This document shows, piece by piece, positions 36,231 to 45,891 of a stretch of 64,000 nt of DNA. A program made the translations under genes and the position numbers. Source of the stretch: a phage; the sequence record PZ452610.1; one strand, written 5' to 3'. The notes under the pieces were generated by a model. The model was not told where the DNA came from, ran no database searches, and saw only the letters and a program-made list of their open reading frames with translations. Every line of letters begins with the position of its first letter. The stretch's first letter is position 1.

Positions 36231-36262
36231 TATAAAGCAAAAAAGGAACTCCGAAGAGTTCC
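36231..36262 (-). terminator. Rho-independent terminator
   Basis: Minus strand GGAACTC-TTCG-GAGTTCC followed by TTTTTTGCTTTAT. Confidence 0.65.
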
Positions 36263-36435
36263 TATCCACATAGTACACCGTACAGAGGCTCATTTGAACT
36301 TTTAAATCGAATTGGCTTGTACGTAATAGTTCCTTCGGCTTTAGCTTTATCATAAGACTCTTTAAAACGTCTCATTCTTTCTGCTTTGCCTTTACGGATT
36401 TTATCGAAATTTTCAGAAGTCGGGATGTTCGTCAT
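36262..36435 (-). CDS. Small basic protein, 57 aa (below ORF-track cutoff)
   Basis: Hand translation MTNIPTSENFDKIRKGKAERMRRFKESYDKAKAEG...; SD GAGAGG; stop abuts terminator. Confidence 0.45.
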   Translation of the reverse strand: MTNIPTSENFDKIRKGKAERMRRFKESYDKAKAEGTITYKPIRFKSSNEPLYGVLCG

Positions 36436-36474
36436 GCATAAGCACCTCTCAGAAAATGCCTAAATCAATTTCTC

Positions 36475-36696
36475 TCATCGTTTCCACCATTTCTTAACTT
36501 GAAATGAATCGGCCCACACGAGTTGTTTTGGGTCTGCCTTTACAATAGGCGGACAAATTTCTGTAATAGAACCGTCGTGATATTCCTTTTCAGAAATTTT
36601 AACACAAAGAGGACCTCCCAATTTAAGGGTGAACCCTGCGTTCAGCTTCAGACGTTTAAACTTTGTTTGAACTAGCGCCATTAATGATGTCCTCAA
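36475..36696 (-). CDS. Hypothetical protein, 73 aa
   Basis: ORF in the 47-55 interval where T4 carries alpha-gt. Confidence 0.45.
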   Translation of the reverse strand: MRTSLMALVQTKFKRLKLNAGFTLKLGGPLCVKISEKEYHDGSITEICPPIVKADPKQLVWADSFQVKKWWKR

Positions 36697-36979
36697 TAGC
36701 CTGACGAGTAGTAACCCACTGGATTTTAATTAACTTGTCATTGTATGGTTGTCGTAGAATATCCCGAGATTTCTTAATAGCATATTCGTAAGCTTCGAAG
36801 TTGTTTTGAATTGCTGCTTCTTGAGCATGAGCATAAAGACGGTTTAGTTCAAAACGATTCTTTTTAAGAATCTTTTCGGATTTTTTACGTGCTTCAGCTT
36901 CATTTTTCTTTTGGATTTCTTGTAGCATTTTAGCTACTGCATCTTCTGCTTCTTTATTTTCAATAATCTCGGTAGTCAT
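36656..36979 (-). CDS. Hypothetical protein, 107 aa
   Basis: ORF; charged, helical composition. Confidence 0.5.
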   Translation of the reverse strand: MTTEIIENKEAEDAVAKMLQEIQKKNEAEARKKSEKILKKNRFELNRLYAHAQEAAIQNNFEAYEYAIKKSRDILRQPYNDKLIKIQWVTTRQAIEDIINGASSNKV

Positions 36980-36980
36980 A

Positions 36981-37196
36981 TTATCTCATTAAATTAAAAT
37001 AAAAACGTCCATCCTCTTCAATACAGAACTCATACTCAACTGGAGTCCCATTTATCGAAAATGACACGTCATGTGGGTTCAAAGGGTCGATGTCAAAATT
37101 AATTTTAAATTCACGACCCAACAGTTTTACCAAATAAGGGATTGCTTCGTCAAAAGGTTCTTCTAAGTAGTTAGAGATGTCAATTGTCATCCTCAT
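36981..37196 (-). CDS. Hypothetical protein, about 71 aa
   Basis: Track ORF overlaps the gp55 C-terminus; internal Met start about 37196 minimises the overlap. Confidence 0.45.
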   Translation of the reverse strand: MRMTIDISNYLEEPFDEAIPYLVKLLGREFKINFDIDPLNPHDVSFSINGTPVEYEFCIEEDGRFYFNLMR

Positions 37197-37755
37197 ATAA
37201 AAAATCCAAACTAGGCGAATCGCTAACAACTTCCTTCTTTTCAGCCCCAGGAGCTTTATAAGCGGATTCTTCATAATGCGTCATTTTATCGTAGATGTCT
37301 TGAATAAACGTTTCATCTACTAACGCTACCATATCATCGTCATGACTGTCGTAGACATTATGAACGAAGTAACTATATTTCTTTGCAACTTCCTTACGTT
37401 CTTTTTTGATACGTTGGACAAAAGCATTAAAACAAGCTCGAGTTATGTATGCATGTGGGTTATTGTACTTAGTTTCGTCGAAATTATGAAGTCCCTTAAT
37501 AGAGGCTTCAATCCCATCTGCAATCATCTCCTGCTTCCAAGACTGGGTATATCCTGAAAAGTTGAAACGTTTGGACAGGCCTTCGGCGATAAGCATAATT
37601 GCTAAACCGATGGTATCATTCTGACGAATAATTTTGTTTGGGTCTTTATTATTTAAGAGCTCCTTTTTCCACTCGATTATAGCGGCGAGAAGCTCTTTAT
37701 TATTCACATAGTTATTTTTAGGTTTTTGTTCAGTCATAAGTACCTCTTGGCTCAA
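37180..37755 (-). CDS. 55: Late-transcription sigma factor gp55
   Basis: 191 aa; [69 protein letters not shown] matches T4 gp55. Confidence 0.95.
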   Translation of the reverse strand: MSQEVLMTEQKPKNNYVNNKELLAAIIEWKKELLNNKDPNKIIRQNDTIGLAIMLIAEGLSKRFNFSGYTQSWKQEMIADGIEASIKGLHNFDETKYNNPHAYITRACFNAFVQRIKKERKEVAKKYSYFVHNVYDSHDDDMVALVDETFIQDIYDKMTHYEESAYKAPGAEKKEVVSDSPSLDFLYEDDN

Positions 37756-37809
37756 TTCATAGGTCTATTATATCATAATATTTAGAGACCTATCTTAAAG
37801 CACGAGATA

Positions 37810-38079
37810 CTATCGGAGCAAACAATAAGCCTGAAACACTTTTTCCATTAAACGTTTGAACTCATGGATATCGATATAAAGCTCAGTAAGACCTGCATTA
37901 TAAAGAAAATCTAAAAAGTTCTCATGTGTTTCGTTATAGTCGCCTTCGTTTAATTGAGATACATGAGTTTCCCAAAAACCAACACCTTTAACGAATGGAA
38001 AATACGTGACTTTCATGTATTCGTCAACATAAAATTCGCCCAGCTTTTCTTCAGTTATACTGATTCGAGTTAATTTCAT
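37810..38079 (-). CDS. Hypothetical protein, 89 aa
   Basis: ORF in 55-nrdH small-gene array. Confidence 0.45.
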   Translation of the reverse strand: MKLTRISITEEKLGEFYVDEYMKVTYFPFVKGVGFWETHVSQLNEGDYNETHENFLDFLYNAGLTELYIDIHEFKRLMEKVFQAYCLLR

Positions 38080-38303
38080 TCTAGTTCCTTTGCTGCTTCA
38101 AGAGCAGCATCCAGCGAATCAAATTGGTCAACGAAATCAATATTCAACGCATCGTCAACCGTAGCATATAACCACCATTGTTTGAATTCGTATTCAAGAA
38201 TAAATCCAGGACCTTCAATCTGAGGAAGACCTAGGCTATTTGTACCAACTTCGTAACCAGCTAGACGCAGGTCATTAATCAAAGTTTCTGTTAATACGCT
38301 CAT
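38076..38303 (-). CDS. Hypothetical acidic protein, 75 aa
   Basis: ORF, start overlaps upstream stop. Confidence 0.45.
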   Translation of the reverse strand: MSVLTETLINDLRLAGYEVGTNSLGLPQIEGPGFILEYEFKQWWLYATVDDALNIDFVDQFDSLDAALEAAKELE

Positions 38304-38671
38304 TTTGCCGCCTTAACAATTTTCAGGTCAACGAATTTTTTCTTACGTTGATTTTTCATACGACGGATAGTCTTTTCAGAGATTTCATGTTTCTGATAAG
38401 CTTTAGATTCAACACCAAATGCAGCAACGTCAAATTCAGAAAGAATATATTGTACTAGAATTTCACGAATAGAATTACGTCCAATTTTCTGGTCGTGTTT
38501 TTGCATGATTTCATAAAGACGGAATTCCCACGCATCAAGAACTTGAGGAGTAACAATATTGCCAGATTCCAGAAGAGCAACAACTTTATCGAAAGCGAAA
38601 GAATTAACTACGTTTTTGATTTTAGTAGACATATTATTTTCCTCGGTTATTTTATTATCCAACGAGGGCAT
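38300..38671 (-). CDS. Hypothetical protein, 123 aa
   Basis: ORF; likely start at internal Met MSTKIKNV. Confidence 0.45.
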   Translation of the reverse strand: MPSLDNKITEENNMSTKIKNVVNSFAFDKVVALLESGNIVTPQVLDAWEFRLYEIMQKHDQKIGRNSIREILVQYILSEFDVAAFGVESKAYQKHEISEKTIRRMKNQRKKKFVDLKIVKAAK

Positions 38672-38698
38672 TATACTCTGCTCTCAAGAGTCTGTACA

Positions 38699-38938
38699 CT
38701 ATTTTTTAAGCATGAAAAGCAAGTAATTTGTATCGCGTGGGCTGATATCGACACCCATATCAAAGATACCTTTATATATTGGGTATTTGTTTTCGGTTGT
38801 ATCGAAGCTGAAACTATTTCCATCACAACTAACAGTAATAGCATCTGTTAAAATGTCATACTCAATCCTAACAATTGAATCCCCAATTTTAACGTCGAGG
38901 TGTTTTTTGAATTTGATAAAATCTAATTCTTGGGCCAT
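38699..38938 (-). CDS. Hypothetical protein, 79 aa
   Basis: ORF. Confidence 0.45.
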   Translation of the reverse strand: MAQELDFIKFKKHLDVKIGDSIVRIEYDILTDAITVSCDGNSFSFDTTENKYPIYKGIFDMGVDISPRDTNYLLFMLKK

Positions 38939-39001
38939 GATATTTTCCTCATTTTAAGACGATAGGAAGTCATGTTATTATCTTCCTATCGTTGTATATT
39001 A

Positions 39002-39202
39002 TTAACCGAACTTTTTAGCGCCTTTCCAGCCTTCGTACATAACTGCGCAAGTCAATAGCACGGCATGTTGGCATTCTTTGTATTTGTAAATCCAGAACCA
39101 GCGTAAAAAGTCTTCATCCTCAACACCGTTGAGTTTCATATTGGCAAAGAATTCGGCACGTTCTTCACGAAGTTGCCATGACACAATATTTTCAGGATTC
39201 AT
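39002..39202 (-). CDS. Hypothetical protein, about 66 aa
   Basis: ATG 39202 overlaps upstream TGA (ATGA coupling). Confidence 0.45.
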   Translation of the reverse strand: MNPENIVSWQLREERAEFFANMKLNGVEDEDFLRWFWIYKYKECQHAVLLTCAVMYEGWKGAKKFG

Positions 39203-39333
39203 TTTGTGTTCCACGCCCCATTTTCATCGATGAACTTAATCCAGTCATTTACAGACCATTTAGTTGTATCACCCTTTGGATTAACATTTAAAGTATATAA
39301 TCCCTGCTTAAAAAGCATTCGTTTGATATTCAT
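39199..39333 (-). CDS. Hypothetical protein, about 44 aa
   Basis: ATG 39333 with SD GAGGAA; track ORF extends upstream in overlap with neighbour. Confidence 0.4.
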   Translation of the reverse strand: MNIKRMLFKQGLYTLNVNPKGDTTKWSVNDWIKFIDENGAWNTK

Positions 39334-39340
39334 AATTTCC

Positions 39341-39661
39341 TCAACTGTAACGATAACATTCGTTAGCTTTACGTTTGGCTTCAGTATGAGAAGTATTATA
39401 ATCATACTCTTCTTTACTGTAAACATCTTTTTTCAACTTACGAACTTCTTTGCGGAGTTGTCGATTCATTTCGTTCTTGACTTCAGAATCAACGCCTTTC
39501 ATACGCTTCCATTTATCAGAGCGGAATATGTTTTCAACCATGTCTTTGTGGCTAACACCGTCAGGAGCTTTACGTTTACCAAAATAGTCATAATCGCGAA
39601 CTTTCAAATCTTTACGACGATACGTTTTACCCATAAGTACCTCAGAGGTTGATTGATACAA
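39341..39661 (-). CDS. Hypothetical basic protein, 106 aa
   Basis: ORF; Lys/Arg-rich. Confidence 0.5.
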   Translation of the reverse strand: MYQSTSEVLMGKTYRRKDLKVRDYDYFGKRKAPDGVSHKDMVENIFRSDKWKRMKGVDSEVKNEMNRQLRKEVRKLKKDVYSKEEYDYNTSHTEAKRKANECYRYS

Positions 39662-39890
39662 CGCGTTTGATAAAATTCACTTCACTTACTGAAAGGTCTT
39701 TAAGACCGATTGATTCTAAACGCTGAGTAAGCGTCAACATCGGGATATAATCCCAATGAGTTTTATTTGCTTGATAAGTACGAACGCCATTAGCAATTTC
39801 AACATGCAAATCGGAAATGGTAACGAATACCGGACGTTCGTCATTAACTTTAAGGGTTAGAACAACTTTCTTTGAATCTAAACTAATCAT
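39642..39890 (-). CDS. Hypothetical protein, 82 aa
   Basis: ORF. Confidence 0.45.
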   Translation of the reverse strand: MISLDSKKVVLTLKVNDERPVFVTISDLHVEIANGVRTYQANKTHWDYIPMLTLTQRLESIGLKDLSVSEVNFIKRVVSINL

Positions 39891-40108
39891 GACTTAATTT
39901 CCTTCGCAATTGAACAGAAGATACCACGGTCACAAAGCATTTCACCAATTTCTGGATATTTGATTGAACGGTACCAAACATCCAGGCTTGAAACTCTGGT
40001 TATCTGTACTGCATTACCGTTGACAGAATAGTACTGGTCAACCTTAATTTCTTTATCTTCAATTGTCATTTTATTTTCCTCTGTGGTAGATGGTGTTAAT
40101 CTTAACAT
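39887..40108 (-). CDS. Hypothetical protein, 73 aa
   Basis: ORF. Confidence 0.45.
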   Translation of the reverse strand: MLRLTPSTTEENKMTIEDKEIKVDQYYSVNGNAVQITRVSSLDVWYRSIKYPEIGEMLCDRGIFCSIAKEIKS

Positions 40109-40236
40109 ATCTATCGAGGATGTAAACTGGTTTTATGAAAATATTTTTGATTTGAGAGGGGCACAAGGAGATAGTGAAGTGAAGATTCCAATGGATTATA
40201 TTAGAAATGAGATAAAGAAGACCAGGCGGCACCTGG

Positions 40237-40560
40237 TCAATCTTCTATGATATCAGAGTCGTATCCTAATGAAATCAAGGACTTTTTAAACTCTGCAATA
40301 TTCTTTTGTTTCTTATCATTTAAAAATATGACAGGATAACGAATATTAAGTGAAGTGAATCCTGCACGTTTAGCAAGAGATACGATTAAAGGTCGGTCAT
40401 ATTCAATCTTACCATTATTAGTGAGGACTTTATAAAATGTATAAGGAGCATTGAGCTCCTTTAAAAGTTTTGTAACAGTATAACATCCTGGACAACGTCC
40501 TACTTCTTCAGGGATGCCATAAATTTCAATCTTGTTCTTTAAGTTCGAGTTTTGTTCCAC
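40237..40560 (-). CDS. Glutaredoxin/NrdH-like redoxin; start uncertain
   Basis: Thioredoxin-fold segment KIEIYGIPEEVGRCPGCYTV (CPGC active site); likely GTG start near 40560 after AAGGA; track ORF extends to 40689. Confidence 0.55.
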   Translation of the reverse strand: MEQNSNLKNKIEIYGIPEEVGRCPGCYTVTKLLKELNAPYTFYKVLTNNGKIEYDRPLIVSLAKRAGFTSLNIRYPVIFLNDKKQKNIAEFKKSLISLGYDSDIIED

Positions 40561-40843
40561 GAGAAATAATTCCTTGGTAAGCCCAATAAGGAGGATTAAC
40601 AGAATCCTCGCCAGAGTTTTCTTCAGGAAAATAAACCTGGATAACAAATCCAGATGCATCAAAGGTAAAATAAACCGTAGGCAGTTCACCTAACAATTCG
40701 GCACGAGCATTAATTTCTTCGAGATCTCGTTCACGTCCAGCCCAAAAACTAGGATTTAGATTACATTCGTAAAAATAATAGTCATTACCGAACATATCAA
40801 ACCCCTTCCAACTCTCTACCACATACCGCTCAAAACTAATCAT
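40526..40843 (-). CDS. Hypothetical protein, 105 aa
   Basis: ORF. Confidence 0.5.
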   Translation of the reverse strand: MISFERYVVESWKGFDMFGNDYYFYECNLNPSFWAGRERDLEEINARAELLGELPTVYFTFDASGFVIQVYFPEENSGEDSVNPPYWAYQGIISRGTKLELKEQD

Positions 40844-40845
40844 AA

Positions 40846-41061
40846 TTAAGCCTTTTTATCAAGAACAGAATTCAGTTTATTAGTAATTTTGTCCAAACGT
40901 TCATTGAATTCGCTGGAGGATAAACCCTTTTCCGGAGAAATTAAACTAATCACGAAAAATACACCAGTAAAAGGAATAAGAAAAATAGCTCCAACTGCCA
41001 TAAACAAAAAGAACGTTACAGTTGTAAGAAAATCAGCTAAACCTTTACGAAATTTATACAT
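40846..41061 (-). CDS. Small membrane protein, 71 aa
   Basis: Hydrophobic TM segments FLFMAVGAIFLIPFTGVFFVISLI. Confidence 0.45.
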   Translation of the reverse strand: MYKFRKGLADFLTTVTFFLFMAVGAIFLIPFTGVFFVISLISPEKGLSSSEFNERLDKITNKLNSVLDKKA

Positions 41062-41172
41062 ATTTACCCTTAATTAATTAACCAAGCATTGATAAGCAAA
41101 CCATATTGCGAATAAAATTCTGGACCAAAATGAAAAATCATATCATTTATAGTATCCATAATGTAGTTCAAT

Positions 41173-41643
41173 TTAATCATGTTTCCACACCCCATTGGTA
41201 TTCGACCAAAGTCGCTGATTATCTGATCCTCGCCACAGTTTTTTGGTCGGAAGATTTTTCTCATACTTCCCATCAATAATAACATCAACATATTTAAGCA
41301 TTTCTAGTTGTTTAATATCTTCAAACTTATATCCTGTCCACAACCAAATGCTTTTATTGGGATAAATATTTTTTACTGTTTGAACAATGCAATGAACAAC
41401 ATCTCTATTATCAGGATAGAGAGGGTCGCCTCCGGTTATAGTCAATCCTTCTATATAATCATTATTCAAACATTCAATTAATTGTTCTAGTGTCTCTCCA
41501 GTGAATGGAGCACCATTTCTAGCGTTCCATGTTGATTTATTATAACACCCTTCACATTTATGCAAACAACCTGTAACGAAAAGAACGACCCTGCAACCAG
41601 GGCCATTCACAAAATCGCAAGGATAAAATCTATCATAATTCAT
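41173..41643 (-). CDS. nrdG: Anaerobic ribonucleotide reductase activating protein NrdG (radical SAM)
   Basis: 156 aa; Cys cluster CLHKCEGCYN; immediately downstream of nrdD. Confidence 0.9.
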   Translation of the reverse strand: MNYDRFYPCDFVNGPGCRVVLFVTGCLHKCEGCYNKSTWNARNGAPFTGETLEQLIECLNNDYIEGLTITGGDPLYPDNRDVVHCIVQTVKNIYPNKSIWLWTGYKFEDIKQLEMLKYVDVIIDGKYEKNLPTKKLWRGSDNQRLWSNTNGVWKHD

Positions 41644-43457
41644 TGGTGTTTAACCCTATGCATGATTTCTTTATTTTTACCGAGATTAAATCCGCGTTCG
41701 TTCGGATTTCCCAAATAACCGCATGTTCTTCTTATGGTGTTCATCTTTTTAGGATCAGTTTCTCCGCAAACTGAACAAACAAATCCGTTTTCAGTAGGAG
41801 TCATTTCATGGGTACTTCCACATGTAAAACATTTATCTACTGGCATATTAACACCAAAATAATCTAAATGTTGTGCAGCATAATCCCAGACAGCCTCAAG
41901 TCCCTTTAAATTGTTTTTCATATCTGGAAGTTCAACATAAGAAATGTGACCACCTGTCGCAATGAAATGATATGGCGCTTCACGAGAAATCTTTTCAAAC
42001 GGAGTAATATTTTCTTCTACTGAAACATGGAAACTATTAGTGTACCAGCCTTTATCTGTAACATCTTTTACACTTCCATATTTTTCTGTGTCTAGTTTAC
42101 AGAAACGATAACAAAGGTTTTCAGCAGGTGTAGAATACAAGCTAAAAGCAAACCCAGTTCTTTCAGTCCATTGTTTAAGAAGAGCATTCATTTTAGTTAA
42201 AATTTCTTGTCCAATATCACGTCCGACAAGAATATTCAATTCGTGGATACCAATGTATCCTAAAGACACTGAACTTCTACCGTTTTTAAATAACTCAATT
42301 ATGTCGTCATCAGGTTTAAGACGAACCCCGAATGCACCTTCTTGGTAAAGAATAGGAGCAACAGTCGCTTTAACTCCTTTTAAGGAACTAATTCTACACA
42401 TCAAGGCTTCAAAACACAGATCCATACGTTCATTGAATAATTCAACAAATTTCTGTTCATTGAACTGTGTTCCAATATAAGAATCTAATGCGATACGAGG
42501 AAGATTCAGTGTTACAACACCGAGATTATTACGTCCATCAAGAATTTCATTACCAGTCGAATCTTTCCATACGCTCAAGAAACTACGGCAACCCATTGGA
42601 GAAACTGGAACTGAAGAACCAGTAATAGCTTTATTATTCTTAGCTGAAATAATATCAGGATACATTCTTTTGCTTGCGCACTCTAGAGCAAGCTGCTTAA
42701 TATCATAGTTCGGATCGTCTTTATAAAGATTAACACCTTCTTCAACGAACATAACAAGCTTAGGGAAAATAGGAGTTATTCCATCACGACCAAGACCTTT
42801 AATGCGGTTTTTAAGAATTGCCTTCTGAATCATTCGTTCAGTCCAATCGGCCCCCGTACCAAATGTAATTGTTACAAAAGGTGTTTGTCCGTTTGAACTA
42901 AAGAGAGTATTTACTTCATATTCATAAGCTTGGAACGCGTCATAGACATCTTTTTCTGTTTTGGATTGAGCATAATTCAACGCATCAGCGATTTGCCATT
43001 TTTCCGCATCTTCAACATGTTTAGCGTATGTGCGTTTAACATAAGGAGAAAGAACTTTATCGACATTTGCAAATGTAGTTCCGCCATACTGATGTGAAGC
43101 AACTTGTGCAGTAATTTGTGCCATAATTGCAGTAGCAACACCAATCGATTTAGGCGTTTCAATTTGAGCATTGCCTAATTTAAATCCGTTCTCAAGCATC
43201 CCCTTTAAATCGACTAAACAACAATTAGTAAACGGAAGAGCAGGAGAATAATCAATATCATGCATGTGGATAATTCCACTTTCATGCGCATTCATAATAA
43301 AAGACGGGACCATATTTTTGGCAATGTGCTTAGACACAATACCAGCCATAAGGTCCCGTTGAGTTGGAAAAACACGAGAATCTTTATTAGCATTCTCGTT
43401 TAAAAGGTCTTTATTAGTTTTATGAATTAATCCTTCAATTTCTTTTTCAATTTTCAT
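41640..43457 (-). CDS. nrdD: Anaerobic ribonucleoside-triphosphate reductase NrdD (glycyl radical enzyme), uninterrupted
   Basis: 605 aa; C-terminal zinc ribbon CFTCGS...CSVCG and glycyl radical motif RRTCGYLGNP; no intron-like interruption. Confidence 0.95.
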   Translation of the reverse strand: MKIEKEIEGLIHKTNKDLLNENANKDSRVFPTQRDLMAGIVSKHIAKNMVPSFIMNAHESGIIHMHDIDYSPALPFTNCCLVDLKGMLENGFKLGNAQIETPKSIGVATAIMAQITAQVASHQYGGTTFANVDKVLSPYVKRTYAKHVEDAEKWQIADALNYAQSKTEKDVYDAFQAYEYEVNTLFSSNGQTPFVTITFGTGADWTERMIQKAILKNRIKGLGRDGITPIFPKLVMFVEEGVNLYKDDPNYDIKQLALECASKRMYPDIISAKNNKAITGSSVPVSPMGCRSFLSVWKDSTGNEILDGRNNLGVVTLNLPRIALDSYIGTQFNEQKFVELFNERMDLCFEALMCRISSLKGVKATVAPILYQEGAFGVRLKPDDDIIELFKNGRSSVSLGYIGIHELNILVGRDIGQEILTKMNALLKQWTERTGFAFSLYSTPAENLCYRFCKLDTEKYGSVKDVTDKGWYTNSFHVSVEENITPFEKISREAPYHFIATGGHISYVELPDMKNNLKGLEAVWDYAAQHLDYFGVNMPVDKCFTCGSTHEMTPTENGFVCSVCGETDPKKMNTIRRTCGYLGNPNERGFNLGKNKEIMHRVKHQ

Positions 43458-43927
43458 TTTAAACTCTTTCTAAGCTGCTTTTTGAATGAAGCTATTAATT
43501 GTGTTTTAGTATCAGATTCATTATATTCAAATCCTCTTTGAAGCATCTCAGTCATCATTTCCTCTTTACCTAGTCTTGAGAACTCTTTAGTTTTGTCTGG
43601 AACAAAATTAGGATGGATATTATTATCAGAATAATCTTGTTTCAAATAAGCAAGAAGAGCTTCAAGCCATTCGAGGTAATCAACGTTTTGACCTTTAAGA
43701 CCAGAACGGTTGAACTTATGCTTCATTTGACCTTCTGCTGCATTGCACAGGTTACATAGTAAACCACGAACCTTACCAGCTTTTGGCCCGTTTAATTCAT
43801 GGTCGTGGTCAAGATGGTTACCTTGAACATCAGGGTCTAATTCACGGTGGCAAATAGGACACTTACCATTCTGTGCATCATAAAATTTTTGTTTTTCTTC
43901 TTTATATTTTGCGCCTGATAATAACAT
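43454..43927 (-). CDS. 49: Endonuclease VII gp49 (Holliday junction resolvase)
   Basis: 157 aa; Cys/His cluster CPICHRELD...HLDHDH...CNLCN. Confidence 0.9.
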   Translation of the reverse strand: MLLSGAKYKEEKQKFYDAQNGKCPICHRELDPDVQGNHLDHDHELNGPKAGKVRGLLCNLCNAAEGQMKHKFNRSGLKGQNVDYLEWLEALLAYLKQDYSDNNIHPNFVPDKTKEFSRLGKEEMMTEMLQRGFEYNESDTKTQLIASFKKQLRKSLK

Positions 43928-43964
43928 GATAAACCCTTACCTTAAATAGATAAGGGTATTTATA
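43928..43964 (-). promoter_or_regulatory. Late promoter TATAAATA plus hairpin upstream of gene 49
   Basis: Exact TATAAATA (minus) 30 nt upstream of ATG; inverted repeat CCCTTA/TAAGGG spans the leader. Confidence 0.6.
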
Positions 43965-44154
43965 ATTTAGTAAACGTTATAAAAGTCTCGATGGAAACGC
44001 TTATACTGACGAATCATTCTTTTAGTAGGACGAGTTTCTGAAATAATTGAAGTCCTCATATTTGGATTGTTTGGGGCCCAATCATAATAAATTTCCAGGA
44101 TTTTTGCCCATTTTTTCTTTCGCCATAAAATAGTTCAGTTTTCATAATAAGCCC

Positions 44155-44568
44155 TTAACTTAAACGTCTTTCTAAATATTCAATGTATTCCGCGGCGGCT
44201 TGCATCAGATTACCTTCATAACCGTCATTATTTTCTTGACCGGCTAATTTAGCTAAAGCATAAGAAATACGTTCACCTTCGAATTCGCCAAGACCACCAT
44301 CACAAACTACTTGGTCAATTTCTTCGAGTTCATCTATTGAATGGGATTCCCAGAAGCACCAAAGAGAAGTATCACGGTCATAGATGCAAAGTTTCTCACC
44401 TGTGTTCAACATCACTTCGATAATGCCATGGTCGCCATAACCATCTTCGGTAGTAGTACCAATTACCTTGATGATTGTTCCTTTCTTTAATTCAGGAAAC
44501 TTGACTTGTAGTTCTTCATCTTCTTTAACAATCTTGAACCATTTACCGCGAGTTTCAGAAATATTCAT
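44155..44568 (-). CDS. Hypothetical acidic protein, about 137 aa
   Basis: ATG 44568 (MNISETRGKWF...) one nt after upstream stop; track ORF extends upstream in overlap. Confidence 0.5.
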   Translation of the reverse strand: MNISETRGKWFKIVKEDEELQVKFPELKKGTIIKVIGTTTEDGYGDHGIIEVMLNTGEKLCIYDRDTSLWCFWESHSIDELEEIDQVVCDGGLGEFEGERISYALAKLAGQENNDGYEGNLMQAAAEYIEYLERRLS

Positions 44569-44569
44569 A

Positions 44570-44740
44570 TCAATATTCTCTATAAAAGTTACGATGAGAA
44601 CGTTTAGCTTTGCGAAGCTGACGTTTAGTAGGACGAACTGTAAATGGTTGTCCAGAGAAAAAATTCGGATCGGTTTTAATAAGCAAATACCAATCATGTT
44701 TGCCATTTTTTAATAAACGGTACAATAATTTAACTTGCAT
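44570..44740 (-). CDS. Small basic protein, about 56 aa
   Basis: Track start is TTG 44767; ATG 44740 with GGGAAGAG upstream; basic tail RQLRKAKRSHRNFYREY. Confidence 0.4.
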   Translation of the reverse strand: MQVKLLYRLLKNGKHDWYLLIKTDPNFFSGQPFTVRPTKRQLRKAKRSHRNFYREY

Positions 44741-44868
44741 AATAATCTCTTCCCATTTCCATATCAATTAATTCATTTATTGAAGGTTCATCATAACACG
44801 TTTCTTCGTCGTTGTAAACTGTTTCGACGTCTGGCTCGACCGTCTCCCATCGAGCCGAATACCACGGT

Positions 44869-45225
44869 TTAACCGCGGAGTTTATTGATCTCTTCATAAT
44901 CAACCCAGGATTCTAGCCCAGATGGCAAATCAGATTCAATTTCCCAAAGAAGCTCTTCAATGGCTTGCAGGCGATTATATTCTTCAACGGTAATGGTAAC
45001 CATTGGTGCAACCGGTTCTGCCTTTTTAACAATCATATCGTTCATCAGGATGTAAAGGTCATCACGAACGACAGTGTCGTTCCAACCCCATGATTTGGCT
45101 TCATAAGCTAATGATGAAGGGAGCACATTTAAAACTTCAATAATAGTTGGAGCATCAGGACCAAGTTCATTGGCACAAACTTCGTATACATCTTGGAAAT
45201 CTTTAAGATTTAATGAATATGTCAT
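44869..45225 (-). CDS. Hypothetical acidic protein, 118 aa
   Basis: ORF. Confidence 0.5.
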   Translation of the reverse strand: MTYSLNLKDFQDVYEVCANELGPDAPTIIEVLNVLPSSLAYEAKSWGWNDTVVRDDLYILMNDMIVKKAEPVAPMVTITVEEYNRLQAIEELLWEIESDLPSGLESWVDYEEINKLRG

Positions 45226-45485
45226 TTAAAATATTCTCGTAGTTGGTCAAAGCCACCGATCGAAGTTCCATCAGGAGCAAACACTTGAGGCATAGTCAAT
45301 CCAACTTGTGATTCACGTCCAAGCTTAACCAGAAGCTCAGCAATTTTCTCATCATCAAAAACACCTTTTTCTGGCATAACGTTAATGAATTCGAATGGTT
45401 GTTTCTTAACAGTCAGCAATCGTTTCGCATTATCACAATAAATGCATTTATGAATAGTAGAGTCATACCCGTACACTTTAAACAT
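45222..45485 (-). CDS. nrdC: Glutaredoxin/thioredoxin NrdC
   Basis: MFKVYGYDSTIHKCIYCDNAKRLLTVKKQPFEFINVMPEKG... closely matches T4 NrdC; CIYC active site. Confidence 0.9.
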   Translation of the reverse strand: MFKVYGYDSTIHKCIYCDNAKRLLTVKKQPFEFINVMPEKGVFDDEKIAELLVKLGRESQVGLTMPQVFAPDGTSIGGFDQLREYFK

Positions 45486-45891
45486 TATTTTTCCTTTCAT
45501 CGATTAAATATGCAACGCCAAATACAATACATGTAATAAAACCTGTGATACAGATAGAAACCAACAACACTGTACCAAAGAACCAAATCAGGTTATCTTT
45601 AGTAGTTTGTTTTATATCCATCTCACGAATTTCTATAGCTATAGTATCACCTTTATTCAGAAGCGTATAAAACGACGGTGATACATGCCTGTCAAAAACT
45701 CGTCCTTGCTCATCTTTATAGACTGCAATAAATTCTAATTTAGAATATTTTCCTGTAGATTGACCTGAGATTAATTCCACTACCTCCACAGGAATTACTT
45801 TAGTTTCCATGTAAGTATTCTGACTGTTCCAAATGAATGGAATAATAGCAAAAACTAAAGCTGCGATAAAACAACGAAGGCTATATCTCAT
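45478..45891 (-). CDS. Membrane protein, 137 aa
   Basis: N- and C-terminal TM segments. Confidence 0.5.
   Translation of the reverse strand: MRYSLRCFIAALVFAIIPFIWNSQNTYMETKVIPVEVVELISGQSTGKYSKLEFIAVYKDEQGRVFDRHVSPSFYTLLNKGDTIAIEIREMDIKQTTKDNLIWFFGTVLLVSICITGFITCIVFGVAYLIDERKNNV

Noticed and set aside
41070-41291. ORF 41070-41291 overlapping the 3' end of nrdG
   Set aside because: Out-of-frame overlap with a well-supported radical-SAM activase gene; no independent SD seen
41640-43457. Group I intron or homing endonuclease in nrdD
   Set aside because: NrdD reads as one continuous 605-aa frame including the C-terminal glycyl-radical motif; no GIY-YIG or HNH ORF nearby
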